This document shows, piece by piece, positions 1-17,200 of a DNA stretch of 64,000 bases. Position 1 is the stretch's first letter. The number at the start of each line of letters is the position of its first letter. Position numbers and translations under genes: made by a program. Where the stretch lies: assembly GCA_002269645.1 (NCBI GenBank), contig NIVC01001842.1, positions 167,135-231,134 on the forward strand, given 5' to 3'. The notes beneath the pieces were generated by a model, which made no database searches, was not told the DNA's origin, and saw only the letters and a program-made list of their open reading frames with translations. The DNA is from Macrostomum lignano (taxonomy: Eukaryota).

Positions 1-25
1 GAATAGTTAAACAATCCAGATTCTA

Positions 26-4254
<4,229 letters not shown>

Positions 4255-4799
4255 TTCATTCGCTCCGATTTTTTGTTATAACTGCCTGCCTTAGAATTAA
4301 TCCGGCGGAATTCTAGGAAAAACCCGGAAAAAATCTGACTATAACAGATCTATCTATCGCGCAGGGCAGGCATGGCCCCGCAGTCTTGCATTACAGGAGT
4401 GGTAAATACTATGAACTCCGGTTCTGTTGCTATGCGGACTGAAATTATTCGGGGTTTCGCTTCAAATTGAAATTTTTATTTAATTGGCATGAGTCACATT
4501 TATGTGCAGGCTCAAAGCGCTGCATGTGAATTCCTATTGGATTTCGCTAGGCACCTATACGAGCTATATAGGAATTGTAAGATTCAAATTTGAACTGTTA
4601 GAATACGGATAAAAAAGCCTGATAAAGATTTAAGATGGAAAAGGTAATGATTAGCTGCAAAGGTAAAAGGTAATTTGTTTAAAACAGACACTAATAATGG
4701 TGATTAACAAGCAGTTATATAATACATAGTAGTGTAATCAATCGGCAGTAAATACATCATTAGTGTTTGCAAAATGCTTCTTCAGATGAGGCTGGACCA

Positions 4800-5250
4800 T
4801 TTAGAGTCACCCTGTACTTTTATTTTAGACTGGCGCTATTTTAGGGGACCATGTACTTATAGATACGCAGCATTTTAAGTGACCCTGTACTTTTATTTTA
4901 GACTGGCGCTTTTTTAGGTGACCATGTACTTTTAGTTTCGCAGCATTTTAAGTGACCCTGTACTTTTTTATTGGCAGCATTTTAAGTGACTTTGTACTTT
5001 TAGATTCGCAGCATTTTATGTGACTTTGTACTTTTAGATTCGCAGAATTTTATGTGACCCTGTACTTTTAGATCCGCAGATATCTAGGGGACTTTGTACT
5101 TTTAGATTCGCAGAATTCTAGGGGACTGTTACTTTTAGATTTGCAGAATTTTAGGGGACATTGTATTTTTGGATTCGCAGAATTTTATGTAATCCTGTAC
5201 TTTTAGACTGACGGCATTTTAGGTGACCCTGTACTTTTAAGATCGACAGC
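4800..5250. repeat. 34-bp minisatellite
   Basis: cattttaagtgaccctgtacttttagattcgcag; gtgac at 4986/5020/5054. Confidence 0.9.
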
Positions 5251-6121
5251 ATTTTGAACAAATAAAAACTGTTTTTCAACTGGCGATATTTTTTAAGAGT
5301 GTTTTAACAAACATTATTGTTAAAATCAACAGATTTGTTATTTTCGTTATAATAGCTACGAGCATTAGTGAAATGAAAATTCAACATGTTAAAAAATTAT
5401 TGGTTTAAAAACTATTTTAACAGTCGCTTTATTGACAGACCTCATTATTTCAGGGCTTCAACTTTTAAGAAGCAGAAAAATTGGCTGTTTTAGATTTAGG
5501 CTTAATTAGTATTGATTGATTGCTTAGACTGCATTAGCAAGCCGGTATTACTGTTATTTAACACGAGCAAATGCTACTAAAAGTAGCAATTATTGAAAAA
5601 TCGATGGGTATAAAATGAAGTCAAGAAAGGTTGTTAAAAGTCACAAACGTTAGTCACTAAGCACTTCAAAATAGCTTATCAACATAACATTATTAAATTC
5701 CAAACGGCTAATTCATTAATTTATTATTTATTAACTGAAATAATAGCACAACAGCAACAAGTAAACAACGTCAAAAAATTTTCAACACGATAAACCAGTG
5801 TATTTTAACTTGTAACTTGTAACTTGAATATTAATTTACCGCTAGAAACATAAATAATGACACACAGAGATACATTTAGTGGATGCTTTATGAGTGTCAG
5901 AGTGTAATACATAACGCAGAACAATTAATACACGATAATAGAGACAAAACAATTAGAGAAACCAAACACCGAGAACAGCCATATAAGTAAAATTGGTTAA
6001 GGGTCAACATTGCAGTAATGCTGGTGAAGCCAAGCATAAAACAAAAAGTTGATTAAAACAATTTATTTAATGAAAACAGAACCAAATCACCAAAACCGAA
6101 AAATTATCGCACAAAGGCTCG

Positions 6122-6397
6122 CTCCAGTCTTAAAAAAACCAGCCAATCAGACGCGATCAAGCCACTGTCGCACTTGTACTACACAGCCACCTCACTTCAG
6201 TCTAAAAATAGCTAGCCAATCAGACGCGACCAAGCCACACCGCACGCGTACAACGCAGTCACCTCACTCCAGTCTAAAAATAGCCAGCTAATCAGACGCC
6301 ACCAAGCCACTATCGCACGCATACTACGCAGCCACCTCACTCCAGTCTAAATTAAATAGCCAGCCAATCAGACGCGATCAAGCCACTGTCGCACGCA
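6122..6397. repeat. ~73-bp tandem repeat (3.5 copies) including the SRPRB stop codon
   Basis: agc(c/t)aatcag at 6141, 6214, 6286, 6362. Confidence 0.9.
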
Positions 6398-7373
6398 GGT
6401 GACGTCGTCCAAAGCAGAGCAGCAGGCGAAATCCACTTGACAGCCGGAGTCCGTGAATTCAAATTTTTTACCCTCTCGACCGAGGCGGCGCTCTTTAAAG
6501 TGGATAAACTTATGAAGTAAAAAAATCGATTTGAAATTGAACTAAAAATATACAAAATATTAAGATTACGTGATCTACGGAAACTCTGCGGATAAAACGT
6601 CACGTGACGCATTAAAAAAGAAGGCACGTGACCAACAAGGGAAAGCCTATATATACATCACGCTATCTACAGAAAAATCTGGAAATCACGTGACTACTGC
6701 GGGCCCAATAGAAAAACGCCCCAAGAGAAGCCAGCTGAGCTAAATCCCTTCACTCACCGGCAGATCCACCGCTGAGGCCGGCCAGAGCGCCAGCCCTGGT
6801 AGTTCGCAGAGTCTCCAATTCGCGTTCCAAAGCCAATCGAACATAAGCGTCAGTTTTGGCCATAGCCTGATCCTGCTTATTGCACAGAATCAAAACCTTA
6901 GTCCGGCCCTGAATATCGGATTCGGTCAGCAGATTATAGAGACACTCGGCGCAATCTTTCAATTCTTTAGCAATCGAATTGGCATCAATAACAAAGACTA
7001 CAGCTCTGGCGCTAGACTTGTACTTGTCCAGGTACTGCCTGCGCAGGCGTTCGTGACCGGGCAGGTCAACTACCCTCAACCGGCGCTTAGAAGCGGCTGT
7101 GCCAACAGCCAAGGGCTCGGACTGGTTGGCTTGCATAGAAGTCACAGTTGGCAGGGGTTTCGAATGCACCAACTGGCTGTACAGAGTAGTCTTGCCGGAG
7201 TCGCTAATGCCGCACAATAGTACCGTATTGCGCTGGCTTCTACGGCGTAACCATAGCAACAGATACACAACTAGCGGGGCTAGTAGGGCGATTATAGTAA
7301 CAGCGGCTACTGACACCTGCTGGTAGTTGATTGGACCGGCCTCTGAGGGCAGCGCTGACACGATTTGATCCAT
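6368..7373 (-). CDS. SRPRB: Signal recognition particle receptor beta subunit (246 aa, 2 exons: 7373-6758, 6492-6368)
   Basis: N-terminal TM anchor, G1 GISDSGKT, G3 DLPGH, G4 NKQD. Exon 2 read by hand: ERRLGREGKKFEFTDSGCQVDFACCSALDDVTCVRQWLDRV*, phase 1 on both sides. Confidence 0.93.
6599..6709. promoter_or_regulatory. Cluster of three CACGTGAC E-boxes plus a CCAAT box in the SRPRB intron
   Basis: CACGTG at 6601, 6625, 6687; CCAAT at 6705. Motif presence only; function unproven. Confidence 0.35.
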
Positions 7374-7449
7374 GCGGGAGGAATTACAGGTGCAAAAATA
7401 TAAGCAGAACTGTCACTGGAGAAAGTACGATGTCACTGCTATGCTAAAT

Positions 7450-7660
7450 CTTAATGGGGATTCTAATCTCTGCTACGCTAATTCTAATGGGGATTCTAAT
7501 CCCTGCTATGCTAATCCTAATAGGGATTCTAATCACTGCTATGCTAATCCTAACGGGATTCTAAGCTGCTATGCTAATCCTAATGAGGATTCTAATCACT
7601 GCTATGCTAATCCTAATGGGGATTCTAATCACTGCTATGCTAATCCTAATGGGGTCATTA
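7450..7660. repeat. 33-bp minisatellite
   Basis: ggggattctaatcactgctatgctaatcctaat. Confidence 0.92.
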
Positions 7661-8394
7661 GAACCACGTCTGTCTTAATCGTATTGCGAGAAATCTATGC
7701 AATAATTAAAAGCAGAAAAACAACACAAACCGATAATATTAACATAAATAAATAAGCCTATAATAATATGTAAACTTTAGGTAATATATGCAAAGTTATT
7801 CAAAAATTAGTAAATAAAAAATAATTCAATTTCTGAAGCACCGCATTAAGAATGATAGCGCGATAACAAAATATAAAGGAAACATCTAAAGACAAAAGGT
7901 TTAAATCAGGACGGATGTTGCCAAAAAAAGTATAATTTATGGAACAGAAACTCGGGGATAAAAAGCAACAGAGAAAATAATGAGCAACCTTTAACTTAAA
8001 ATAGCACTTGAATTGTTAAACAAATTTTTGATTCAAAGACAGCTTTTAGCAGCACTTATTCGGTAGCAGAACGATTTCACAATCCTGACTACTCAAAAGT
8101 AGTTAGTAGGATTAAAAAATGGAACGTAAGTTTTTTATTTATTTACAAGCACCAAAAATAGGTCGGCATTTGGAGCTGTCTTGGAGATGTCCGTGGGATG
8201 CTGATGCCAATGTCTGTGAACTACGAGCGTATTGTCAATTAAAGTGAACTTTTTGAAACTCAAAATAAGAAGCTATTTTAACTCAAAACATTTTTTGGTT
8301 TAAGCAGACCATCTAGAAGTGGCACTCTGGAAAAAAAACTGCCTCTAAAAGCGTCACCAAGGAAACAGACACCACTTGGAAGCACTATGGAAAA

Positions 8395-8570
8395 TTGTCA
8401 CTCTTGAAACTCTCCAAACTTGGAACTCTTGAAACACCCTCCAAAATTTTCACTCTTGAAACTCTCCAAAATTGTCACTCTTGAAACACCCTCCAAAATT
8501 GTCACTATTGAAACACCCTCCAAAATTGTCACTCTTGAAACACCCTCCAAAATTGTCACTCTTGAAACAC
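8395..8570. repeat. 27-bp minisatellite
   Basis: cttgaaacaccctccaaaattgtcact. Confidence 0.92.
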
Positions 8571-8761
8571 TCATCACTTGTCCATATATATCTACATTGA
8601 AACCATTCCAGTCGCTTTGTAATGCTACTATTTAAGTTGGCATAATGATTTGACGATATGTATCGAAATGAAATATAATATTGCGATTCCAACGGTAGCT
8701 TTTGTGCGCAGATAATAATCCAAATCCAATAGGCAGGCGGACTGTCCGACAAGTCAGCTGA

Positions 8762-9277
8762 TCACGAGCTACTCTGGTATCGCTGGATCAGCTTAGAAAC
8801 TGGGGCGACGCTGTCTGCAACAACAGAGGACCCTTCTTCGCCTGCCCCAGCGACTGTCTCCTTGGCTTGTGCTTTGGCACGGATCTCTCTATACTTAGCC
8901 AGAAACTCCGGTCCCGACTCCGCGCCGGTCGACATAGTCGTCTTAGCGGCGTCGCTCAATCGACGCTGTCGTTCGCGTAATACTTTAGACAGTTCAGCCG
9001 AAGTGCTTTGCTGCTGCTGCTGCTGCGGGCCGACAACAAATTTGAGTTCGCGAAGCATCTCCCACTGTTGGGAGCCGCACCTCGGCCGGGCCGGCCGGGA
9101 AACTGGCAACTCGGAACTGTCGCTTCCGCTAGATCTTTTTGGAAACGGAAATGAAGGACCGGGAAGCACAGCCCGAGAGTCGCTGTCATAGTCTGGCGTC
9201 GGATAGAACGCGTCGTCGTCGTTATTAACGTTGTCATGGTAACCAAATCCGCTCGATGCCGATTGACTGTTGGCCAT
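8762..9277 (-). CDS. Intronless 171-aa protein, possibly FAM107/DUF1151-like
   Basis: GC-rich ORF in AT-rich flanks with aacATGG start context. Motifs QQWEMLRELKF, SAELSKVLRERQRR and PEFLAKYREIR occur in FAM107 order. Coding is likely; the family call is tentative. Confidence 0.6.
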   Translation of the reverse strand: MANSQSASSGFGYHDNVNNDDDAFYPTPDYDSDSRAVLPGPSFPFPKRSSGSDSSELPVSRPARPRCGSQQWEMLRELKFVVGPQQQQQQSTSAELSKVLRERQRRLSDAAKTTMSTGAESGPEFLAKYREIRAKAQAKETVAGAGEEGSSVVADSVAPVSKLIQRYQSSS

Positions 9278-9314
9278 GTTGATATTTGGATGGCCAATTT
9301 TAGCATGATTTGAG

Positions 9315-9322
9315 TGACGTCA
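9315..9322. promoter_or_regulatory. Palindromic CRE (TGACGTCA) 38 nt upstream of the orphan ATG
   Basis: Exact motif match; function unproven. Confidence 0.3.
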
Positions 9323-9364
9323 TAAATGATACTTGAGTAATTTTCCAATGCTACCCATTGAGTC

Positions 9365-9545
9365 TAGATGACTGTTAAATGAAGCTAAATGATTACTAGA
9401 TGATGATTGATGATACAAAATGATGATTAGATGATTGATGACGCTAAATGATAACTAGATGATTGATGAAGCTAGATGATTATTAGATGATGACTGATGA
9501 TGCCAAATGATTATTAGATAATAATTGATAATGAATGATAACTTT
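9365..9545. repeat. GAT-rich degenerate repeat
   Basis: gatgattagatga variants. Confidence 0.75.
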
Positions 9546-10254
9546 GATATTATGATACAGTATTTAAAATCCCTAATTGCTAAGAATTACTAGCAGCTCT
9601 TAAATTCTGATAAATTACACCAACAACATAGATATCAATAACAGTAAAATAGAATCCACTGTCAAGAGGACAGATTCAAATAAAAAATGAATCGAAATGC
9701 ACCTAAATTCGATTTTGAATGACCGCTACTTATAGTAGTAGCAGTGGTATTATTATTATTAGCTCGATTTCAACAAATAAATTGCCAACCAAGTAAATTA
9801 CCAACATACAAATCGAACGAATGTTGTTTTTTGAAAAGTAGAAAACATTGAATTATTAAAGAACAAAACAGTTCTGCGAATCGATGACGTTTGTCAGGTA
9901 AAAAACTTTTTTTGCTCAGCGGAAGATCTAGAATAATGCAACTTATTAGAATCCAATAAAGCTGGTGGACAAACAGCGAACGCTTATTGTATATTAATTT
10001 ATTATTTACTAGGAAAATAGATATACCACGAAAGCAAAGCAGACAAATACACAAGCCTTTGGATACCTTTAATGTTTTAAGTCTTGGGCAAGTTATAGAA
10101 AACTTTCTGTAAAGGCTCTTTTAAATCGTAGCATGCTACTAAATAACAAGGTGAACTAAAATAAACGGTAAAAAAATGATTTGGATCACTTGGAATGGAG
10201 AGCAGCTAGAGAGATACATAGAAAAACACAGAGAGTGGCTGAAATAAATCTATA

Positions 10255-10640
10255 AGGAAAGGAGAGAAGAGATATTGTGAGAGTGAGGAGAGGGAGAAAG
10301 GAGGAAGAGGGGAGAAGAGATACACAGAGAAGAGAAGAGAGGGAGAAGAGATAGACAGAGAAGAGAGGGAGAAGAGATAGACAGAGAAGAGAAGAGAGGG
10401 AGAAGAGATGAGATAGACAGAAAAGAGAGGGAGAAGAGATAGACAGAAAAGAGAAGAGAGGGAGAAGAGATGAGATAGACAGAAAAGAGAGGGAGAAGAG
10501 ATAGACAGAAAAGAGAAGAGAGGGAGAAGAGATAGACAGAAAAGAGAGGGAGAAGAGATACACAGAGAAGAGAAGAGAGGGAGAAGAGATACACAGAGAA
10601 GAGAAGAGAGGGAGAAGAGATATAGAGAGAAGAGACGCAG
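10255..10640. repeat. AG-rich array downstream of the MEK stop
   Basis: gagagggagaagagatagacagagaa variants. Confidence 0.9.
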
Positions 10641-10970
10641 AAGAAAAGATGGAATGCTTGAGACCAAGAGACTGTTGTGAAGTACACCAGAAACGCGAAT
10701 GTGAGAGAGAGATGGAGCAAAGCCATAGGCTATTGTAGCGAAACTGACACAGCAAAATGCGAAGCAAACAAAAGACACAAAGGACAAACAACAACAACAC
10801 TGAAAACACAGACTAGCAGAAGGGACACTTGGAAATGCGGGCACAATGACTGATATTACACCGTATTCTATAAACTGAGACCACGATTACACACGCGAGA
10901 GTACGAGAATTATATTATAGTATAGTTATTATTATTATTATACCAGTTTGACAAGGTAATTTTTTTTAGT

Positions 10971-11242
10971 TCAAGCCTCATCAGCCAACACAGCTCGCAG
11001 GTAATTGCCCAGACAGATCTCCGGTTCCTGATTTTGTTCGTAACTCTGAATAAACGCGTGCTTCAACAGGCTCTCTAAGCCCAGCCGTTCTTTAGGATTT
11101 TTGCGCAGACAACAATCCACAAAGTCGCAGATATTTTCACTGAAAGCAAAGCTGGGCAGCTTCGGCGGCTGCTGATAGACAATGTAGGATAGCAGCTCGA
11201 ATATGGCCATCTGCTTCGGCCCGTTCTGGGGCGGCTCCATGC
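10971..11242 (-). CDS. MAP2K1: MEK last exon
   Basis: cgctaccgcag|GC ATG GAG...MAIFELL...LADEA*. Confidence 0.9.
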
Positions 11243-14200
11243 CTGCGGTAGCGAGGGGGCGATTCTTAGTATTGATATACAGTATTACGAGTATGATACT
11301 GCTTTCTGGGGCGATTCTCAATGTTTTTGGGGCGATTCTCAATGTTTTTGGGGCGATTATCGATGATTTCTTGGGGCGATTTTCAATGTTTTTGAGGCGA
11401 TTCTCGATGTTTTTGGGGCGATTCTCGATGATTTCTTGGGGCGATTTTCAATGTTTTTGGGGCGATTCTCAATGTTTTTGGGGCGATTCTCAATGTTTTG
11501 GGGCGATTCTCAATGATTTCTTGGAACGATTTTCAATGTTTTTGGGGCGATTCTCAATGATTTCTTGGGGCGATTCTCAATGATTTCTTGGGGCGATTCT
11601 CAATGTTTTCTTGGGGCGATTCTCACTGCTTTTTAGGGGCGATTCTCACTGCTTTTTAGGGGCGATTCTCACTGCTTTTTAGGGGCGATTCTTAATGTTT
11701 TCTTGGGGCGATTCTCACTGCTTTTTAGGGGCGATTTTAACTGATTTTAGGAGCGATTCTCACCGCTTTTTGGGATGATTCTTAATGTTTTCTTGGGGCG
11801 ATTCTCACTGCTTTTTTGGGGCGATTCTCACTGTTTTAGGGGTGATTCTCACTGCTTTCATTTCTAGAACCAATGTCAAAGGGTGATGAAAACAGCTTTT
11901 AAAATGTCAGATTCGCACATAAATTCTAAGTTTCAGACAGTTTAAAATTATGCATAAAAATGTCAGTCTAAATTTCTAAGAAATGCATACACATTCGCAA
12001 CGTTGCGCTTTTTTATCTTCCTGGATTAGTTCTGATTTTTATTCTGCCTTCTACTCAGTCCTTTCAGAGTGCTGAGTGGCGTGCAGAAGTGGAGCTTTGT
12101 AAAACGGGGATTAAGCGAAAAAGAAATCGCCGAGCAGCATGGGAACTGGCCAAGATGATCACAAGATGACGAGAGAGACGGACAGAGCATATTGGACGCA
12201 CTTTTATTTTGAACACCAAACCGACAGCGGGTGCCGAACAAGGCTAGGATGATTGAGTTTTTCGAGGGGCAATTCTACAGACAAATATTGCATATCGATG
12301 CTCTTTGCAATGTCCTGAGATCATGAAGAGTGACGGGATGCATTAATTAACAAGCAAAATCTATTTCATTAAAATGATGATTTTAAGTGCGATGTCAGGA
12401 TGATACTAAATGTGATGTCAGGATGATACTAAATTCGATGTCAGGATGATACTAAATGTGATGTCAGGATGATACTAAATGTGATGTCAGGATGATACAA
12501 AATGTGATGTCAGGATGCTACTAAATGTGATGTCAGGATGATACTAAATTCGATGTCAGGATGATACTAAATGTGATGTCAGGATGATACTAAATGTGAT
12601 GTCAGGATGATACAAAATGTGATGTCAGGATGCTACTAAATGTGATGTCAGAATGATACTAAATGTGATGTCAGGATGATACAAAATGTGATGTCAGGAT
12701 GCTACTAAATGTGATGTCAGGATGATACTAAATGTGATGTCAGGATGATACAAAATGTGATGTCAGGATGCTACTAAATGTGATGTCAGGATGATACAAA
12801 ATGTGATGTCAGGATGCTACTAAATGTGATGTCAGGATGATACTAAATTCGATGTCAGGATGATACTAAATGTGATGTCAGGATGATACTAAATGTGATG
12901 TCAGGATGATACAAAATGTGATGTCAGGATGCTACTAAATGTGATGTCAGAATGATACTAAATGTGATGTCAGGATGATACTAAATGTGATGTCAGGATG
13001 CTACTAAATGTGATGTCAGGATGATACAAAATGTGATGTCAGGATGCTACTAAATGTGATGTCAGGATGCTACTAAATGTGATGTCAGGATGATACTAAA
13101 TGTGATGTCAGGATGATACAAAATGTGATGTCAGGATGATACTAAATGTGATGTCAGAATGATACTAAATGTGATGTCAGGATGATACAAAATGTGATGT
13201 CAGGATGATACTAAATTTGATGTCAGGATGCTACTAAATGTGATGTCAGGATGCTACTAAATGTGATGTCAGGATGCTACTAAATGTGATGTCAGGATGA
13301 TACTAAATGTGATGTCAGGATGATACTAAATGTGATGTCAGGATGCTACTAAATGTGATGTCAGAATGATACTAAATGTGATGTCAGAATGATACTAAAT
13401 GTGATGTCAGGATGATACTAAATGTGATGTCAGGATGATACAAAATGTGATGTCAGGATGATACTAAATGTGATGTCAGAATGATACTAAATGTGATGTC
13501 AGGATGATACAAAATGTGATGTCAGGATGATACTAAATTTGATGTCAGGATGCTACTAAATGTGATGTCAGGATGCTACTAAATGTGATGTCAGGATGAT
13601 ACTAAATGTGATGTCAGGATGCTACTAAATGTGATGTCAGGATGCTACTAAATGTGATGTCAGGATGCTACTAAATGTGATGTCAGGATGATACTAAATG
13701 TGATGTCAGGATGATACTAAATGTGATGTCAGAATGATACTAAATGTGATGTCAGAATGATACTAAATGTGATGTCAGGATGATACTAAATGTGATGTCA
13801 GGATGCTACTAAATGTGATGTCAGGATGCTACTAAATGTGATGTCAGGATGATACTAAATGTGATGTCAGGATGCTACTAAATGCGATGTCAGGATGCTA
13901 CTAAATGCGATGTCAGAATGATACTCTCGCTCACCTCTCAGCCGCGTGCCGTTAACAGCGGCCTCTCTGTGCTCGGCCAGATTTCTTTGGCGGTCGCTGC
14001 TGAAAGCGCTGGTGTAGTCCCGGCTATCCGGCTGCGGAATGGGATAGCGACCAGTGGCCAGCTCGACCAGGCTTAGGCCCATAGACCAAACGTCAGACAA
14101 TATTGAGTACTCTTCGCCATTGAGTCGTTCCGGCGCCATATAGGACCGGGTGCCAACGAAACTGTTGGCCAGACTGTCGATTAGCTGGCCGGAGACACCA

Positions 14201-17200
14201 AAATCGCACAGTTTGCAGTCGCCTTCCAGACTAACCAGGATGTTGGAGGGCTTCACGTCTCTAGAAATATTTATGATGGATATATTGATTAGACCTACTT
14301 GGCTGAATGAAGCATCAATTATGAGGGACATCTTGTATTGCCTCTAATATACATATAGGTCTGTCTGACGCCAATTAGGAATGCTGTAGACTTGTGTCGC
14401 TAATGATGTCGTCAATTGTGTCGCTAATGATGTCGTCAATTGTGTCACTAATAATGTCGTTAATTGTGTCGCTAATAATGTCGTCAATCGTGTCACTAAT
14501 GATGTCGTCAATTGTGTCACTAATGATGTCGTCAATTGTGTCACTAATAATGTCGTCAATTGTGTCGCTAATAATGTCGTCAATTGTGTCGCTAATAATG
14601 TCGTCAATTGTGTCGCTAATAATGTCGTCAATTGTGTCGCTAATAATGTCGTCAATTGTGTCACTAATAATGTCGTCAATTGTGTCGCTAATAATGTCGT
14701 CAATTGTGTCGCTAATAATGTCGTCAATTGTGTCGCTAATAATGTCGTCAATTGTGTCGTTAATAATTTCGTCAATTGTGTCGCTAATGATGTCGTCAAT
14801 CGTGTCACTAATGATGTCGTCAATTGTGTCACTAATGATGTCGTCAATTGTGTCATTAATAATGTCGTCAATTGTGTCGCTAATAATGTCGTCAATTGTG
14901 TCACTAATGATGTCGTCAATTGTGTCGCTTATAATGTCGTCAATTGTGTCGCTAATAATTTCGTCAATTGTGTCGCTAATAATTTTGTCAATTGTGTCGC
15001 TAATAATGTCGTCAATTGTGTCGCTAATAATGTCGTCAATTGTGTCGCTAATAATGTCGTCAATTGTGTCGCTAATAATGTCGTCAATTGTGTCGCTAAT
15101 AATGTCGTCAATTGTGTCGTTAATAATTTCGTCAATTGTGTCGCTAATGATGTCGTCAATTGAGTCGCTAATAATGTCGTCAATTGTGTCGCTAATGATG
15201 TCGTCAGCTGTGACGCTAATGATGTCGTCAGTTGTGACGGTAATGATGATGCTGAATTGTGACGCTAATGATGATGCTGAATTGTGACGCTAATGATGCT
15301 GACTTGTGGTGCCAATTTAGATTGACTATTGATGCAAATTGAATGTAAAAACCTGGGTTGCCCATACTTCTAGTATTAAAAGAGAGCATCGATGAACTTT
15401 ATTTACTTGGCCGGAAAGGATTCCTCACAGAGCCCTATAGAGCTAGCAGTTACATGTAGTAGCAGTCATGTCGGACTGGTTTTCAAAGCGTCAAATGCTC
15501 GTATTGTATAAGCACTATGGACTATAGAAATCGCAGAAGCAGAGCAGAAAGGCGTGCGCAGATTTCATGACACAGTCTATTTTGCATCTCTAAGAGTTGC
15601 AAGTAGGTGAAGCCTAAGTTGCTAAGCCGATTGTTGTCATGGCAACCTCAAGAATAAGCAGCTAGACGTCTGGAACTTTTATTGTTGAATTCAAAGGCTT
15701 ACGCGCACAATAGGGATATCCAATGCGTTTTTGTGACGACAAAAAATTCTAACTGCCTCAATGAGAGCATTTTCCATCCTTTGTAATAATATCTTATCGT
15801 AATAATAATCTTATCTCAGGCGCTGTCATCCTGTTCGTACCCCCCCATCAAAGCATCCGTACCCTAGCAAAGACTAATTGACAACCGTCGTAACTAGCCT
15901 ATGCAACCAGTGCAGCGGCAATGTAACTCTTCACTATATCCCCAGTGCCTCTCTCGTCTCTTATCTTTTAACATCTACATACCTAATAAGCTTATGCGAT
16001 ACTCAGACTGTCTCTTCTCATATCTACCACTGTCTCTTCTCATATCTACCACTGACTTTTCTCATATCTACACTGTCGATTCTAATATCTACCACTGTCG
16101 ATTCTCATATCTACCACTGTTTCTTCTCATATCTACCACTGTTTCTTCTCATATCTACCACTGTCTCTTCTCATATCTACCACTGTTTCTTCTCACATCT
16201 ACCACTGTCTCTTCTCATATCTACCACTGTTTCTTCTTATATCTACCACTGTTTCTTCTCTTCTCTACCACTGTCTCTTCTCATATCTACCAGTCTCTTC
16301 TCTTCTCTACCACTGTTTCTTCTTATATCTACCACTGTCTCTTCTCTTTTCTACCACTCTCTCTTCTCATAGCTACCACTGTCTCTTCTCATAACTACTG
16401 TCTCTTCTCATATCTACCACTGTCTCTTCTCAAATCTACCACGTTCTCTTCTCAAATCTACCACTTCCTCTTCTCATATCTACCACTGTCTCTTCTCAAA
16501 TCTACCACGTTCTCTTCTCAAATCTACCACTTTCTCTTCTCATATGTACCACTGTCTCTTCTCTTTTCTATCAATGTCTTCTCATATCTACCACTGTCTC
16601 TTCTCATATCTACCACTGTCTATTCTCTTTTTTATCAATGTCTTCTCATATCTACCACTGTCTCTTCTCTTTTCTATCAATGTCTTCTCAACACTACCAC
16701 TGTCTCTTCTCATATCTATAATGACCTACCTTTGATATCCTGATATCTGCTTCCGTTATTTACACCACCAATTTCTTGTCATCATTTAGAACCAATATTA
16801 AAAGCACACACGGCCTCACCTATGCAGACAGTTAATATTCTCCCTCAGATAGATGAGCCCCTTGAGCACGGAACAGCTAATCTTGGCCACAATCGGTTCG
16901 GGCAGTCGGCCAGCTTTAGTGAGCACCAGATCGAGCGATCCAGCGTTCATGTACTCCATGCAGATGCAGATGGTGGCGGAGGAGTCCACGAAATAGGCGC
17001 CGAAGTAGCCGATGATGTAGGGACTGTTGCACGAGTGCAGCACCTGAGGAATTGGAAAAGTGCTTATTGAACTTTATTAAACTCAAACCAATTAGGCAGT
17101 GATTTTTTTAAGAACCACTAATTTTCCCGAAAATCAGAATTCGAATACATAACCAATTACCTCTGGTTAAGTTGAAATCCCAAACACAACAAATTGGATC

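Noticed and set aside
7372-7755. Plus-strand ORF sharing the CATG with the SRPRB start (NGDSNHCYANP repeats)
   Set aside because: Explained by the 33-bp minisatellite; no splice or homology support.
8862-9348. Overlapping alternative-frame ORFs 8862-9191 (+) and 8956-9348 (-)
   Set aside because: Shadows of the GC-rich 8762-9277 ORF, which has the better start context.
10186-10844. Leu/Ser/Phe-rich membrane-like ORFs
   Set aside because: TC-rich low-complexity strand of an AG array.
14344-15287. Long ORFs 14394-15287 (+), 14344-14919 and 14929-15183 (-)
   Set aside because: Translations of a 24-bp intronic minisatellite that lacks stops in some frames.
15878-16743. ORFs 15878-16372 and 15901-16743
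   Set aside because: Derived from the 22-bp minisatellite.
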